Source of the DNA: a virus
Reading direction: 5' to 3' (one strand)
Virus record (IMG/VR): IMGVR_UViG_3300034019_000950
Location: 1-64,000 of that record
Length of the DNA: 64,000 nt
Part shown: in pieces, positions 1 to 9,156 of the stretch
Layout: the number at the start of each line of letters is the position of its first letter
Position numbering within the stretch: position 1 is the first letter of the stretch
The notes under the pieces: generated by a model
Database searches by the model: none
What the model was told of the DNA's origin: nothing
Seen by the model: the letters and a program-made list of their open reading frames with translations, nothing else
Translations under genes and position numbers: made by a program

Positions 1-227
1 GGGCCGGGGGGGCGGGGTGGGCCGCCCCGCCTGCGGGGGGGGGCAGGGGGCAGGGGGGTGGGGGGTGGGGGCGGGGCGGGCGGCACCACCCCGGCACCAC
101 CCCCGCGCCACCCCTACAGCCGCCACAGGGGCGCTGCGCGGCCTGCGGCACGCTGCAAGGGGGTGCTGCAAAACGCCAACCCACAGGCCGTTGTTGAGAA
201 TTTTTAAGTTTTTTCCAGGCTGTTTGC

Positions 228-257
228 TTTACAGCCTAACCGCCCCCTTGTTACGCT
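228..257 (+). promoter_or_regulatory. early sigma70-like promoter with TAAC-N9-GTTA dyad
   Basis: TTTACA-18bp-TACGCT; TAAC 237-240, GTTA 250-253; same architecture recurs about 10 times upstream of + strand genes. Confidence 0.7.
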
Positions 258-342
258 GCTGGCATGCAGGGCAGGCACCGGGCCGGCCGGCATAGGGGGG
301 CAACCCCCACCACCACAGCAGCAGCAGCAGGGTACAACCACA

Positions 343-1023
343 ATGGCCACCACCACCACCACCCCCGTCGCCACCACCACCACCACCCCCGCCGCCGCCG
401 CCACGGGCAAGGGCAAGGGCAAGGGCAAGGGCACCACCACCCCGGCCGCCACCAAGGCCAAGGCCGCCCGCGCCGCCGCCGCCACCCCGGCCCCGGCCCC
501 GGTTGCCGCCACCCCGGCCCCGGCCCCTGTGGCGGCCCCGGCCCCGGTGGACAGCCTGTTCTCGGCCCTGGCCCAGCTGGACACCCCCCCGGCCGCCACC
601 ACCCCCGCCACCACCCCCGCCACCACCACCCCGGTCGAGCAGGGCGGGTGGGCCACGGCCGCCGACTGGTCCGCCGCCACGGCCGCCTGGGCGCTGCTGG
701 CGCAGGTGGAAAATTCCGTCGCCGCCGCCACGGCCGCCCCGGCCGCCCCGGCCGCCCCCAAGGCGGCCCGGTGGGCGCGCAACCCCGGCGCCGGCACGGT
801 GGGCCAGCTGGCCGCCCTTATTGCGGCGGCGGGGGGGGGTGACACTGTCGTTCTCGACGCAGCGCTGCTGGCGGCCCACAACATTGCTGCCACGTGGCTG
901 AAAAACACCCCCGCCTTTACCCAGGCCGACGGGGTCCGCAACGTGGCTGCCCTGCAGTGCGGCTACAAGGTTGCTGCGTTCAAGCGCGGTGTGGCTATCA
1001 CCCTGGTGCGCGTGGCTGCGTAG
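343..1023 (+). CDS. hypothetical protein, Ala/Thr/Pro/Lys low-complexity N-terminus and globular C-terminus
   Basis: 226 aa ORF directly downstream of the conserved promoter; GC3-biased codons; C-terminal half has normal amino-acid complexity. Confidence 0.7.
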   Translation: MATTTTTPVATTTTTPAAAATGKGKGKGKGTTTPAATKAKAARAAAATPAPAPVAATPAPAPVAAPAPVDSLFSALAQLDTPPAATTPATTPATTTPVEQGGWATAADWSAATAAWALLAQVENSVAAATAAPAAPAAPKAARWARNPGAGTVGQLAALIAAAGGGDTVVLDAALLAAHNIAATWLKNTPAFTQADGVRNVAALQCGYKVAAFKRGVAITLVRVAA

Positions 1024-1149
1024 CCGCTGCACGGGTGGGGGGCGGCACGTAGCGCCCCCCAGCCCACCCCCACCTGCCCGCCCACCTGCCCGCCCGCTGC
1101 CTGCCCGGCTGCGCGGCGGGCCGCGCCTTTTGGCCCTGCCCGGCCGGGC

Positions 1150-3751
1150 TGCGCGGGGCCGGTGCACGGGGGGTGCACGGGGGGTGCACGGGCCGGGGCG
1201 CCTGCGGGGGGCGCGGGGCGCGGGGCACGGTGGGCGCGCCCACCCCCTGCTGCGCGCCGGGGCACCGGGGCGGGGTGGGCACGGTGCGCGGGGTGGGCAC
1301 GGTGCGCGGTGCCGGTGCGCGGGGGCCACGTGCGGCACGTGCGGCACGTGCGGCACGGGGGGGGCACGGGGGGCACGTGCGGCACGGTGCGCGGGCTGGC
1401 GCGGTGCGGGGCGCACGCTGGCGGGGCCACGTGCGGCAAGGGCCGCCACAGGCACAACGGGCAGCCTGTGGCGTGCGGGCGCCCACCCCTACCGTGTACC
1501 GGGCAGGCTGCCCGTTGTGCCTGCTACGGGCTGCACGGGGGGTGCATACCAGGGAGCAACCCTTGCCGCACGGGCTACGGGGGGTGGTGCAAGCTGGGCA
1601 CGGTGCGGACGGTGCGGACGGTGCGGACGGGAGCACGAGAGGCACCGTCAGCACGTGCGGCACCGGGAGGGGCACGGTCAGCACGTGCGGCACGGTGGAC
1701 GCGGTGAGCACGGTGCGGACGTTGGAGACGGGCTGGTGCAGGGTGGACACGGTGAACACGGAGCACGAGACACGGGCTGGTGCAGGGTGGACACGGTGCA
1801 CGGTGGGCACGGGACACGAGACACGGTGGGCACGGTGCACGGCGGACACGGTGCACGGTGCACGGTGGACGGTGGACGCGGTGCACGATGGACACGGTGG
1901 ACACCGGGGACACGGTGGGCACGGCGGACACGGTGCAGACGGTGGGCAGGATGGACACGGTGCAGACGGTGGGCACGGTGAGCACCGGGGACACGGTGCA
2001 AGGTGCAGACGGCGGACGCGATGGACGCGGTGCGGACGGTGGACACGACGCGGACGGTGGGCAGGATGGACACGGTGGGCACCGGGGACAACGGAGGCAC
2101 CGGGGACACGGTGGGCACGGTGGGCACGGTGGGCACGGGACACGGTGCAAGGTGCAGACGGTGGGCACGGTGGGCACGGTGCAAGGTGCAGACGGTGGAC
2201 ACGATGCACGATGGACACGGTGGGCACGGTGGACACGAGACACGGTGGACGCGGTGCAAGGTGCGGACGGTGGGCACGGTGCGCACCGGGGACACGGTGC
2301 ACGATGGACGCGGTGCGGACGGTGGGCAGGATGGACGCGGTGCAAGGTGCGGACGGTGGGCACCGGGGACACGGTGGGCGCCAGGGGCACGGTCAACATG
2401 TGAGACGCGATGGACGCAGTGCGCGCGGGGTGGACGGTGGACACGGGGCACAGTGGACACGGGGTACGGTGGACGCGGTGCTGGATGGACGCGGTGTGGA
2501 GGGCAGACACGATGGACGCGGTGAGCACGAGACACGGTGGGCACGATGGGGACGGAGCACGGGGCACAGTGGACACGGGGTACGGGGCACAGTGCGGACG
2601 ATGGACACGGGGCACGGGGCACGGTGCGGGATGGACACGGTGCGGGATGGACGCGGTGTGGACACGGGGTACGGTGGACACGGGGTACGGTGGACACGGG
2701 GTACGGTGGACACGGGGTACGGTGCGGACGATGGACACGGGGCAGGATGGAGATGGTGAGGACGGTGAGGACCGTGTGGACCGGCTGATGCACGATGGAC
2801 ACGTGGCACGATGGACGCGGTGTGGACGGCAGACACGATGGACGCGGTGCGGGATGGACACGGTGGACGCGGTGCACGGTGGACGCGGTGTACGGTGTGG
2901 ACGGTGGACACGGGGCAGGATGGTGAGGACCGTGTGGACCGGCCGATACACGATGGACACGGGGCAGGATGGACAAGGGGCAGGATGGACAAGGGGCAGG
3001 ATGGACGCGGTGTAGACGGTGGACACGGGCTGATGCAGGGTGGGGACGTGCGGCACCGGAGGCACCGGAGACACGGTGCAAGCTGGACACGCTGCATGCA
3101 CGATGGACACGGTGCAAGCTGGACACGGTGCACGGGCCACGGTGGACACGGTCCAAGCTGGACACGGTGCATGCACGATGGACACGGTGCAAGGCGCACG
3201 ATCGACGCGGTGTGGATGGCGGACACGGGGCAGGATGGACACGGTGCACGGTGCGCACGGTCAGCACGTGCAGCACGATGGACACGGGGCAGGATGGACA
3301 CGGGACAGGATGGACGCGGTGTAGACGGTGTGGACGGTGGGCACGGTGCAAGCTGGGCACGTGCGGCACCGGAGACACGGTGCACGGTGGACACGGTGCA
3401 AGCTGGACACGGTGTATGATCAGCACGGTGCAAGGTGGACACGGTGCACGGTGGGCACGGTGGGCGCGTGCGGCACCGGGGACAACGGAGGCGCCGGGGG
3501 GGCATCGACTGTAAGGGGACCCGACGCGCCTTACTTCCTCCGATGCGCTGTTCGCCATCTCCGATGCGCGGGGTGTGCTCATGCGGATCGTGCGGCATCC
3601 GGCGCCGGCATCAGCGAGGGGCTGCGCCGCGCACCCTACCCGGCACCGTGCACCCTACCCGGCACCGTGCACCCCTTGCACCGTGCACCCTACCCGGCAC
3701 CGTGCACCCCTTGCACCGTGCACCCCTTGCACCCTACCCGGCCGGGCCGGT
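1150..3751. repeat. non-coding simple-repeat array of 7-9 bp units
   Basis: Shuffled units GGTGGACAC, GGTGGGCAC, GATGGACAC, GGTGCAC, GGTGCGGAC; G-rich top strand to ~3480, then an inverted C-rich block (GCACCGTGCACCCC) at 3630-3740. Confidence 0.9.
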
Positions 3752-3861
3752 GAGGGGGTGTGCTTCGCCTGTTGCGGGCCGGTCCTACACTTGCTCTCGC
3801 CGCAACAAGGGCGGCCCGGCGCATGTTTTAGGAAAATACAGTAAAAGTGTGCGGCTACAGG

Positions 3862-3891
3862 TTGCGCCCCTAACATGTGCCCGGTTACGCT
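3862..3891 (+). promoter_or_regulatory. early promoter with TAAC-N9-GTTA dyad
   Basis: TTGCGC-18bp-TACGCT; TAAC 3871-3874, GTTA 3884-3887. Confidence 0.7.
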
Positions 3892-3947
3892 GTAAGCAAC
3901 GGGGCACGGTGCTCCGCTAAGCAACCCATTCCGCTACAGGTACTGCA

Positions 3948-4022
3948 ATGAACAACGCACTTGACATCGCCCTCGTCCTCAACCAGCTGCTCGCCGTTTC
4001 CCTTTTCTTCCTCGGCCTCTGA
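3948..4022 (+). CDS. 24-aa hydrophobic micropeptide MNNALDIALVLNQLLAVSLFFLGL
   Basis: Translated by hand; directly downstream of a promoter; paralogous to the adjacent ORF; C-ending codon bias like neighbouring genes. Confidence 0.6.
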   Translation: MNNALDIALVLNQLLAVSLFFLGL

Positions 4023-4023
4023 C

Positions 4024-4113
4024 ATGAACAACCGCATCGACGTCACCCTCGTCCTCCACAACCTCGCCGTGCTGCTCGCAACCCTTGCCATCCCGGCCAT
4101 CCTCGGCCTCTAA
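4024..4113 (+). CDS. 29-aa hydrophobic micropeptide MNNRIDVTLVLHNLAVLLATLAIPAILGL
   Basis: Starts 1 nt after the previous stop; shares MNNxxDxxLVL...LGL with it. Confidence 0.6.
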   Translation: MNNRIDVTLVLHNLAVLLATLAIPAILGL

Positions 4114-4136
4114 CCCACAACAGCAGGAAAGTCATC

Positions 4137-5189
4137 ATGCTTCACGCTAACACCGACATCTCCACCGTTACGTCCGGCCTCGCCTCCCTGGTGTGGTGGG
4201 ACTTCCACAACGTCCAGATCACTCCCTCCGACCTGCGCAGCCGGGTTGCGGCTGCTGGCTTCGACCCCTCCACCGTCAGCGACATTGAGCCGACCGACGC
4301 GGTGCGGCAGGCCGTCCGTTCCTTCCGCATCCACAACGCGGGGCGGGTCGTGATGGAGGCGGCGGTCGCGCACGAGGACCACACCGCGATGGTCATCAAC
4401 CTGCTCACCCTCACCCAGCAGGCCCGCGAGCGCGTGGCCAAGCTGCCCACCGACGAGCTGGTGTGGGACAAAATCGGCCGGGTTTGGCTCAGCGTTGGGT
4501 TGACCGCGGAAGCCGCCACGTTGCGCAATGAGGCGGCGGAACTGATGTCCTTCTACGACGGCAACAAGGTGCGCGAACACCTCGTCATGCCGGCCATCGA
4601 AGAATCCAAGGCATTCACTCTCAAGCGCGGCATGTACGTCGTTCCGCACGCGACTGCGGCGCCCATCGAGCGTGTCGCTGCGGCCCTCGCCGATCTCGAA
4701 ACGTTCAAGCTCCGCGTTGCCGTCGTCACCCCCAATCAGGGCTGGGAGGCGCCGCTGGCCGACGCCAGCCGGGCCGAGCTCCGCAACGACTTGCAGGAAC
4801 TGCAGGAACAGATCAACGGGTGGAAGAGCATGGCCAAGCGCGTCCGGTGCGACACGGTCGAAACGGTCATGGCCCGGTTCGCCAGCATCTCCGAGCGGGC
4901 CGCGCTTTACCGCGAAGCCCTGGCCATCAGCATCGAGGACATCGAGGCCGAGGTTCTGGACATGAAGAACATGGCCGAGGCCATCATCAACGACACTGCG
5001 CCCGCCCCGCGCAAGGAAGCGCCTGCGCCTGCGCCCGTCACCCCGCAGCAGGCGCGTCGCGCCGCCCTGCGCGCCATGAACGACGATCAGCTCAATACGC
5101 TGTGGGACGCGCTCGGCAACGGCGAGCAGCCCGCTGAGCGCGAGGCGCTGGTGGAGGCGATCGCTTCCGCAATGGAAGCCTCGCGGTAG
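4137..5189 (+). CDS. DUF6744-like helical protein with short C-terminal HEH/Rho-N-like domain
   Basis: 350 aa, RBS AGGA; N-terminal LVWW...L...GF...DAVRQAV pattern; coiled-coil C half; upstream of an AAA/vWA pair. Confidence 0.5.
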   Translation: MLHANTDISTVTSGLASLVWWDFHNVQITPSDLRSRVAAAGFDPSTVSDIEPTDAVRQAVRSFRIHNAGRVVMEAAVAHEDHTAMVINLLTLTQQARERVAKLPTDELVWDKIGRVWLSVGLTAEAATLRNEAAELMSFYDGNKVREHLVMPAIEESKAFTLKRGMYVVPHATAAPIERVAAALADLETFKLRVAVVTPNQGWEAPLADASRAELRNDLQELQEQINGWKSMAKRVRCDTVETVMARFASISERAALYREALAISIEDIEAEVLDMKNMAEAIINDTAPAPRKEAPAPAPVTPQQARRAALRAMNDDQLNTLWDALGNGEQPAEREALVEAIASAMEASR

Positions 5190-5203
5190 CTTCGCATCCC
5201 TAC

Positions 5204-5243
5204 GGTCCGCGTCGCCTGCTGGCGCGCGGACCTTTCCTTTTTT
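5204..5243 (+). terminator. intrinsic terminator
   Basis: GGTCCGCG...CGCGGACC hairpin followed by TTTCCTTTTTT. Confidence 0.75.
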
Positions 5244-5313
5244 ACGTGCAGCACGTTGGCGCATCTTCCCTTGATGAACCAAACTTTTTTGCAAGTTAGG
5301 CTGCGCGCAACCC

Positions 5314-5343
5314 TTGCAACGGTAACCGCGCACATGTTACGCT
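5314..5343 (+). promoter_or_regulatory. early promoter with TAAC-N9-GTTA dyad
   Basis: TTGCAA-18bp-TACGCT with extended -10 TG; TAAC 5323-5326, GTTA 5336-5339. Confidence 0.75.
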
Positions 5344-5378
5344 TACAGTGCAACGGGCAACGCCCAAGGAGAGCAAAG

Positions 5379-6506
5379 GTGACCACCACCACCATTCACA
5401 ACGCGCACGCCGACCTCACCACCCTTCGCGTCCAGATGAAAAACGCGTTCGTCGCCCGCGACGCCGAGATTGACGGGCTGCTGCTCGCGCTGCTGGCCCG
5501 CACGCACGTTCTGCTGCTGGGGCCTCCCGGAACCGCCAAGTCCCTGGTGACGCAGGTGTTCGCCAGCGCCCTGGGCGGCGACTACTTCCAGCGCCTGCTG
5601 ACCGCCTTCACCGCGCCCGAGGAGCTGTTCGGCCCGTATGACCTCAGCGCCCTCGACGCGGGCCGCTACGAGCGCGCTGTGCAGGGCTACCTGCCGACTG
5701 CCACCGTGGCGTTCTGCGACGAGGTGTTCAAGGCCAACAGTGCGATCCTCAACAGCCTGCTCACCGTGCTGAACGAGCGCCAGTTCGACAACGGCACCAC
5801 CCGGATGCAGCTGCCTCTGGAGCTGTGCGTCGGCGCCAGCAACGAGTACCCCGAGGACGCCAGCTTGGAGGCGCTCTACGACCGCTTCACCCTGCGCTAC
5901 TGGACGCAGTACGTGCCCACCCGCGCCGGGCGGCTCGCGCTGCTGACCGCCGCCGACCCCGCGCAGGTGGTGACGGCCAAGCTGGCGCCCGACGCGGTGC
6001 AGGTGCTGCAGCAGGCCGTTCGTGACGTGGTGGTGCCTCAGAGCGTTCTTGTCCTGCTGTGTGACGTCGCGGACAAGCTGGCTCAGGACAACGGCGTGGT
6101 GGTGAGCGACCGTCGCCTGCGCGGAATGGTGCGGCTGCTGCAGGCCAGCGCCGTTCTGGACGGGCGCGTCACCGTCACCGCGCGCGACTTGCTCGTGCTC
6201 GCGGACAGCGTGTGGCACCGTCACGATCAGCGCCCCGCCGTGCTCGCCACGGTGCTGTCGGTCGCCGCCCCAAAGCTCGCGGCCGCAATGAAACTGTCCG
6301 ACAGCGCGCGCGAGATCTACGACGCGGTCAAGGACGTCAGCAGCGACGGTGCTCGCGCCCTGCAGCGCATCAAGGCCGTTGAGGCGGAGCTGGTCAACAT
6401 GGGTCTTGACGACACCGACGTTCTCAACGCACACCTGTCCGTCGTCGAGCTGCGCAAGGGGCTGGCGCGTCGCTTCATGTCTGCCAGCGGGCTGGGCAAC
6501 GTGTAG
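5379..6506 (+). CDS. MoxR/RavA-family AAA+ ATPase
   Basis: Walker A GPPGTAKS, FCDEVFKANSAILNSLL, ASNE, ALYDRF, SDRR; GTG start after AGGAG. Confidence 0.92.
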   Translation: MTTTTIHNAHADLTTLRVQMKNAFVARDAEIDGLLLALLARTHVLLLGPPGTAKSLVTQVFASALGGDYFQRLLTAFTAPEELFGPYDLSALDAGRYERAVQGYLPTATVAFCDEVFKANSAILNSLLTVLNERQFDNGTTRMQLPLELCVGASNEYPEDASLEALYDRFTLRYWTQYVPTRAGRLALLTAADPAQVVTAKLAPDAVQVLQQAVRDVVVPQSVLVLLCDVADKLAQDNGVVVSDRRLRGMVRLLQASAVLDGRVTVTARDLLVLADSVWHRHDQRPAVLATVLSVAAPKLAAAMKLSDSAREIYDAVKDVSSDGARALQRIKAVEAELVNMGLDDTDVLNAHLSVVELRKGLARRFMSASGLGNV

Positions 6507-6527
6507 TCCTCCGCACCGCTCTGTCTG

Positions 6528-6557
6528 CACCCCCGCATCACCCTGCGGGGGTGTTTT
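6528..6557 (+). terminator. intrinsic terminator
   Basis: CACCCCCGCA/TGCGGGGGTG 10-bp stem followed by TTTT. Confidence 0.75.
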
Positions 6558-6583
6558 CGTCCAAAAAACCTTGCTGGCACAGC

Positions 6584-6613
6584 TTGCACTGCTAACCGGG
6601 CGCATGTTAGGTG
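6584..6613 (+). promoter_or_regulatory. early promoter with TAAC-N9-GTTA dyad
   Basis: TTGCAC; TAAC 6593-6596, GTTA 6606-6609; followed by a GA-less SD-like AAGGGGGG. Confidence 0.7.
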
Positions 6614-6638
6614 TACCTTGCACCGCAAGGGGGGCACA

Positions 6639-8102
6639 ATGGCCAACTTCACCACCACGAAACACGTCAATGCCACGCGCGATGTCTCGCGCTGGGCCGA
6701 CTACCTGTTCACCAGCCGCGCGTCCGCCAGCGCAAGTCTGTCATCGGCTCGTCGTGAGCTCAGCTTCGCATACAAGGCGCAGGGCGGCGGCTCCGACGTT
6801 GAGGATCGTCGCCTTGACGATCTCGCCACTGCAACGGCTCGCGAGGTGTTCGCCGGCCTTTACGACGAGAGCGAGGCGACCGTTCTCGACAAGCCCGCGC
6901 CCGACACTGAGCTGGTCACCCGCGTCCACGGGCAGCTGCAGCAGCTGCCCGAGTATGCTCAGCTGCAGGGGCAGGTTGCCGGCGATCCTGACCTCGCCGC
7001 TATCGCCACGGCTCGCCTTCTTTCCTCTGTTGCGGCTGCGCTGCCCAAAATGGCAAGTGAGGAACGGAAAAAGGCCCAGCAGGAAGCCAGCGGTGCACCT
7101 GTTCGCGGCCCGGCCGCCGACGCTGACGGCGTGCTTCGTCGCATGTTGCGCACGGCCTGCAATGACGCAGCGCAGGCTGCCGCCGAGGCGGCGGAAGGCA
7201 TGGAAGGGCTGGCCCCCGGCCTTGGCGAAGCTCCCGCTCAACATGCGCAACATGACGACGGCCGCATCAAGCTTGCGGAGCGTGTCAGCTCCGACGCGCG
7301 CCTGCGTCGGGTGATGAAGCTGGCGGGCCGCCTGCGCCGCCTTGCCAGCGACGGGCGCAAGGTGCGCGACGAGCTGGGCGCGGACACGCTGGTCGGCACG
7401 ACCATCGGCGGCGACCTTCCGCGCGCCCTGCCCACTGAGCTCGGCCTTTTGCGTCACGCTCGCCTGCGTCGCGTGCAGCTTGCCAAGCTGGCCGATCGCC
7501 GCCTGCAGCAGTATCACGTGGTCGGCAATATCCCCAAAGGTCGCGGTCCCATCATCGTTCTGCTTGACGAGTCCGGCAGCATGGAAGGGGATCGTAACCT
7601 GTGGGCTGCGGCCGTCGCGCTCGCCTGTATCGGCACCGCAGCCCGCGAGCGCCGCGCCTGCACGGTCATTGGATTCAATGGGTCGGTTCGCTACATCGTC
7701 CGCCTTGACACTCACGGCAAGGCGTGGCGTCACGACACCAGCAACGTCGCCAACGCGACTGCAATGGGCGCTTGTGCGGATCTCGCCCTGCACGTGGCCA
7801 GCAGCCGCCCCGATGGCGGCACGCAGTTCGCGCCACCCCTGCAGGCCGCACTGGATCTTGAGGACGGCGTGACCCGCGAGCGTGCCGACCTCGTGCTGGT
7901 CACCGACGGCCATGCCGAGGCGCCGGTTGACATTTTGCAGCGGCTGCAGCAAGCGAAACACGACGGGCTGCGTGTTTTCGGCCTGACTGTCGGTGGCGGG
8001 AGCCTTGGCGCTGCGGTGCGCAAGATCGCAGACCATATCGTTGACCTCGACGACGCAGCGGGGCGCAACGACGGCAAGGAAGTCGCCGGCGCCATTCCGT
8101 AG
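6639..8102 (+). CDS. vWA domain protein (ViaA-like partner of the AAA ATPase)
   Basis: MIDAS DESGSM, GGT and LVTDG; GPII-LLD motif; adjacent to RavA-like ATPase. Confidence 0.9.
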   Translation: MANFTTTKHVNATRDVSRWADYLFTSRASASASLSSARRELSFAYKAQGGGSDVEDRRLDDLATATAREVFAGLYDESEATVLDKPAPDTELVTRVHGQLQQLPEYAQLQGQVAGDPDLAAIATARLLSSVAAALPKMASEERKKAQQEASGAPVRGPAADADGVLRRMLRTACNDAAQAAAEAAEGMEGLAPGLGEAPAQHAQHDDGRIKLAERVSSDARLRRVMKLAGRLRRLASDGRKVRDELGADTLVGTTIGGDLPRALPTELGLLRHARLRRVQLAKLADRRLQQYHVVGNIPKGRGPIIVLLDESGSMEGDRNLWAAAVALACIGTAARERRACTVIGFNGSVRYIVRLDTHGKAWRHDTSNVANATAMGACADLALHVASSRPDGGTQFAPPLQAALDLEDGVTRERADLVLVTDGHAEAPVDILQRLQQAKHDGLRVFGLTVGGGSLGAAVRKIADHIVDLDDAAGRNDGKEVAGAIP

Positions 8103-8123
8103 CATCCAAGGCGCAAACCTCAA

Positions 8124-8162
8124 CCCGCACGGCGCAAGAAAGGCCGTGCGGGACTTCTTTTT
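8124..8162 (+). terminator. intrinsic terminator
   Basis: CCCGCACGGC/GCCGTGCGGG stem followed by a T-run. Confidence 0.75.
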
Positions 8163-8254
8163 GTGAGTTTTTGCCCCTTACACTGCCTCCACACCTTCAT
8201 ACACCTCAACAAGCAACGACTTGTCGGGATACCATCACCCCGGAGGCTGGAAAC

Positions 8255-8689
8255 ATGGAACCACTCGCCGCACTGCTCAACTTGTGGGCTTACCTTCGCG
8301 CCGCGCATCACCTCTACTGGACGCTTCACTGGCAGGCACGTGGTCCCTCCTTTTATGGTGATCATCAGCTGTTTGCGGAGCTGTATGAAGCACGTGTTGG
8401 TGAGATTGATCAGGTCGCAGAGCTTGTGGCCGGACACTACGGGTCTGACAAGCTTGATCCGATTGCAGCATGGAAGGCTGCCGTCCCCGTTGTGGAGGCG
8501 ATGCTGTCAGGATCTTCGCCCACGATCATCGCTCAACTTGTGGTCGCAGCGGCCGAGGAAGCAAACACGGCATGTGCGGAAGGACCTGCACCGGCATCTA
8601 CTCAGAACGTCGTCGCTGACATCGGCAGCGCACACGTGAAAGCACTCTATCTACTACAACAACGGTTCGGCCGGGCGACGAGCAAGTGA
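8255..8689 (+). CDS. Dps/ferritin-like protein
   Basis: HWQARGPSFYGDHQLFAELY...IDQVAE matches the Dps ferroxidase signature; RBS GGAGG. Confidence 0.8.
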   Translation: MEPLAALLNLWAYLRAAHHLYWTLHWQARGPSFYGDHQLFAELYEARVGEIDQVAELVAGHYGSDKLDPIAAWKAAVPVVEAMLSGSSPTIIAQLVVAAAEEANTACAEGPAPASTQNVVADIGSAHVKALYLLQQRFGRATSK

Positions 8690-9156
8690 GCCAGTCGTTA
8701 GCAGCACCAGCATGGAACATGGAAGCGGACGTTGTGCCGCATCCTGCGCACGTAGAGCCGACTGTCGCCATTCCTCAACCTACTGCGGCTGCACGTGCTT
8801 ATCCAAGCCTGTATGACTCCGAGGGCGGCACCCTGCTCGCCATCACCCTTTGCATTGCCATCATCGGCGGTGTGCTGTGGTCGGTAGCTCGCATCTACCA
8901 GCGCAGCCGTGATGAACACGCTGCGCTGACGCAGTTCGTAACAACGATGGTCGCCCTTGTGGTGGGCGCGTTCATTGCGGACCTGCTGGTTGCTGGTCCA
9001 GACACGAGCCTGCTTGCAGACAACGATCACACAAGCATCCTTGCCTTCGTCAAGGACACGTGCCTGATGGTGTTCAGCTACTACTTTGGAACACGCGCTG
9101 TGCCACCTCCGCAGGCTCCACTTCCCTCAGCTGACCCAGGTGCGGAGGCTTCTTGA
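8686..9156 (+). CDS. putative holin
   Basis: 2-3 hydrophobic segments, FSYYFG motif, immediately upstream of the endolysin. Confidence 0.6.
   Translation: MSQSLAAPAWNMEADVVPHPAHVEPTVAIPQPTAAARAYPSLYDSEGGTLLAITLCIAIIGGVLWSVARIYQRSRDEHAALTQFVTTMVALVVGAFIADLLVAGPDTSLLADNDHTSILAFVKDTCLMVFSYYFGTRAVPPPQAPLPSADPGAEAS

Noticed and set aside
1600-3480. Possible CRISPR array
   Set aside because: No constant repeat with unique spacers; only shuffled 7-9 bp units; no cas operon
963-3920. Many long overlapping ORFs (up to 634 aa) on both strands
   Set aside because: By-product of a repeat array with few stop codons; all frames open, no RBS or codon bias, repetitive translations
4110-8123. Long - strand ORFs (407, 440, 460 aa)
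   Set aside because: Antisense shadows of GC3-biased + strand genes that have clear motifs, promoters and terminators
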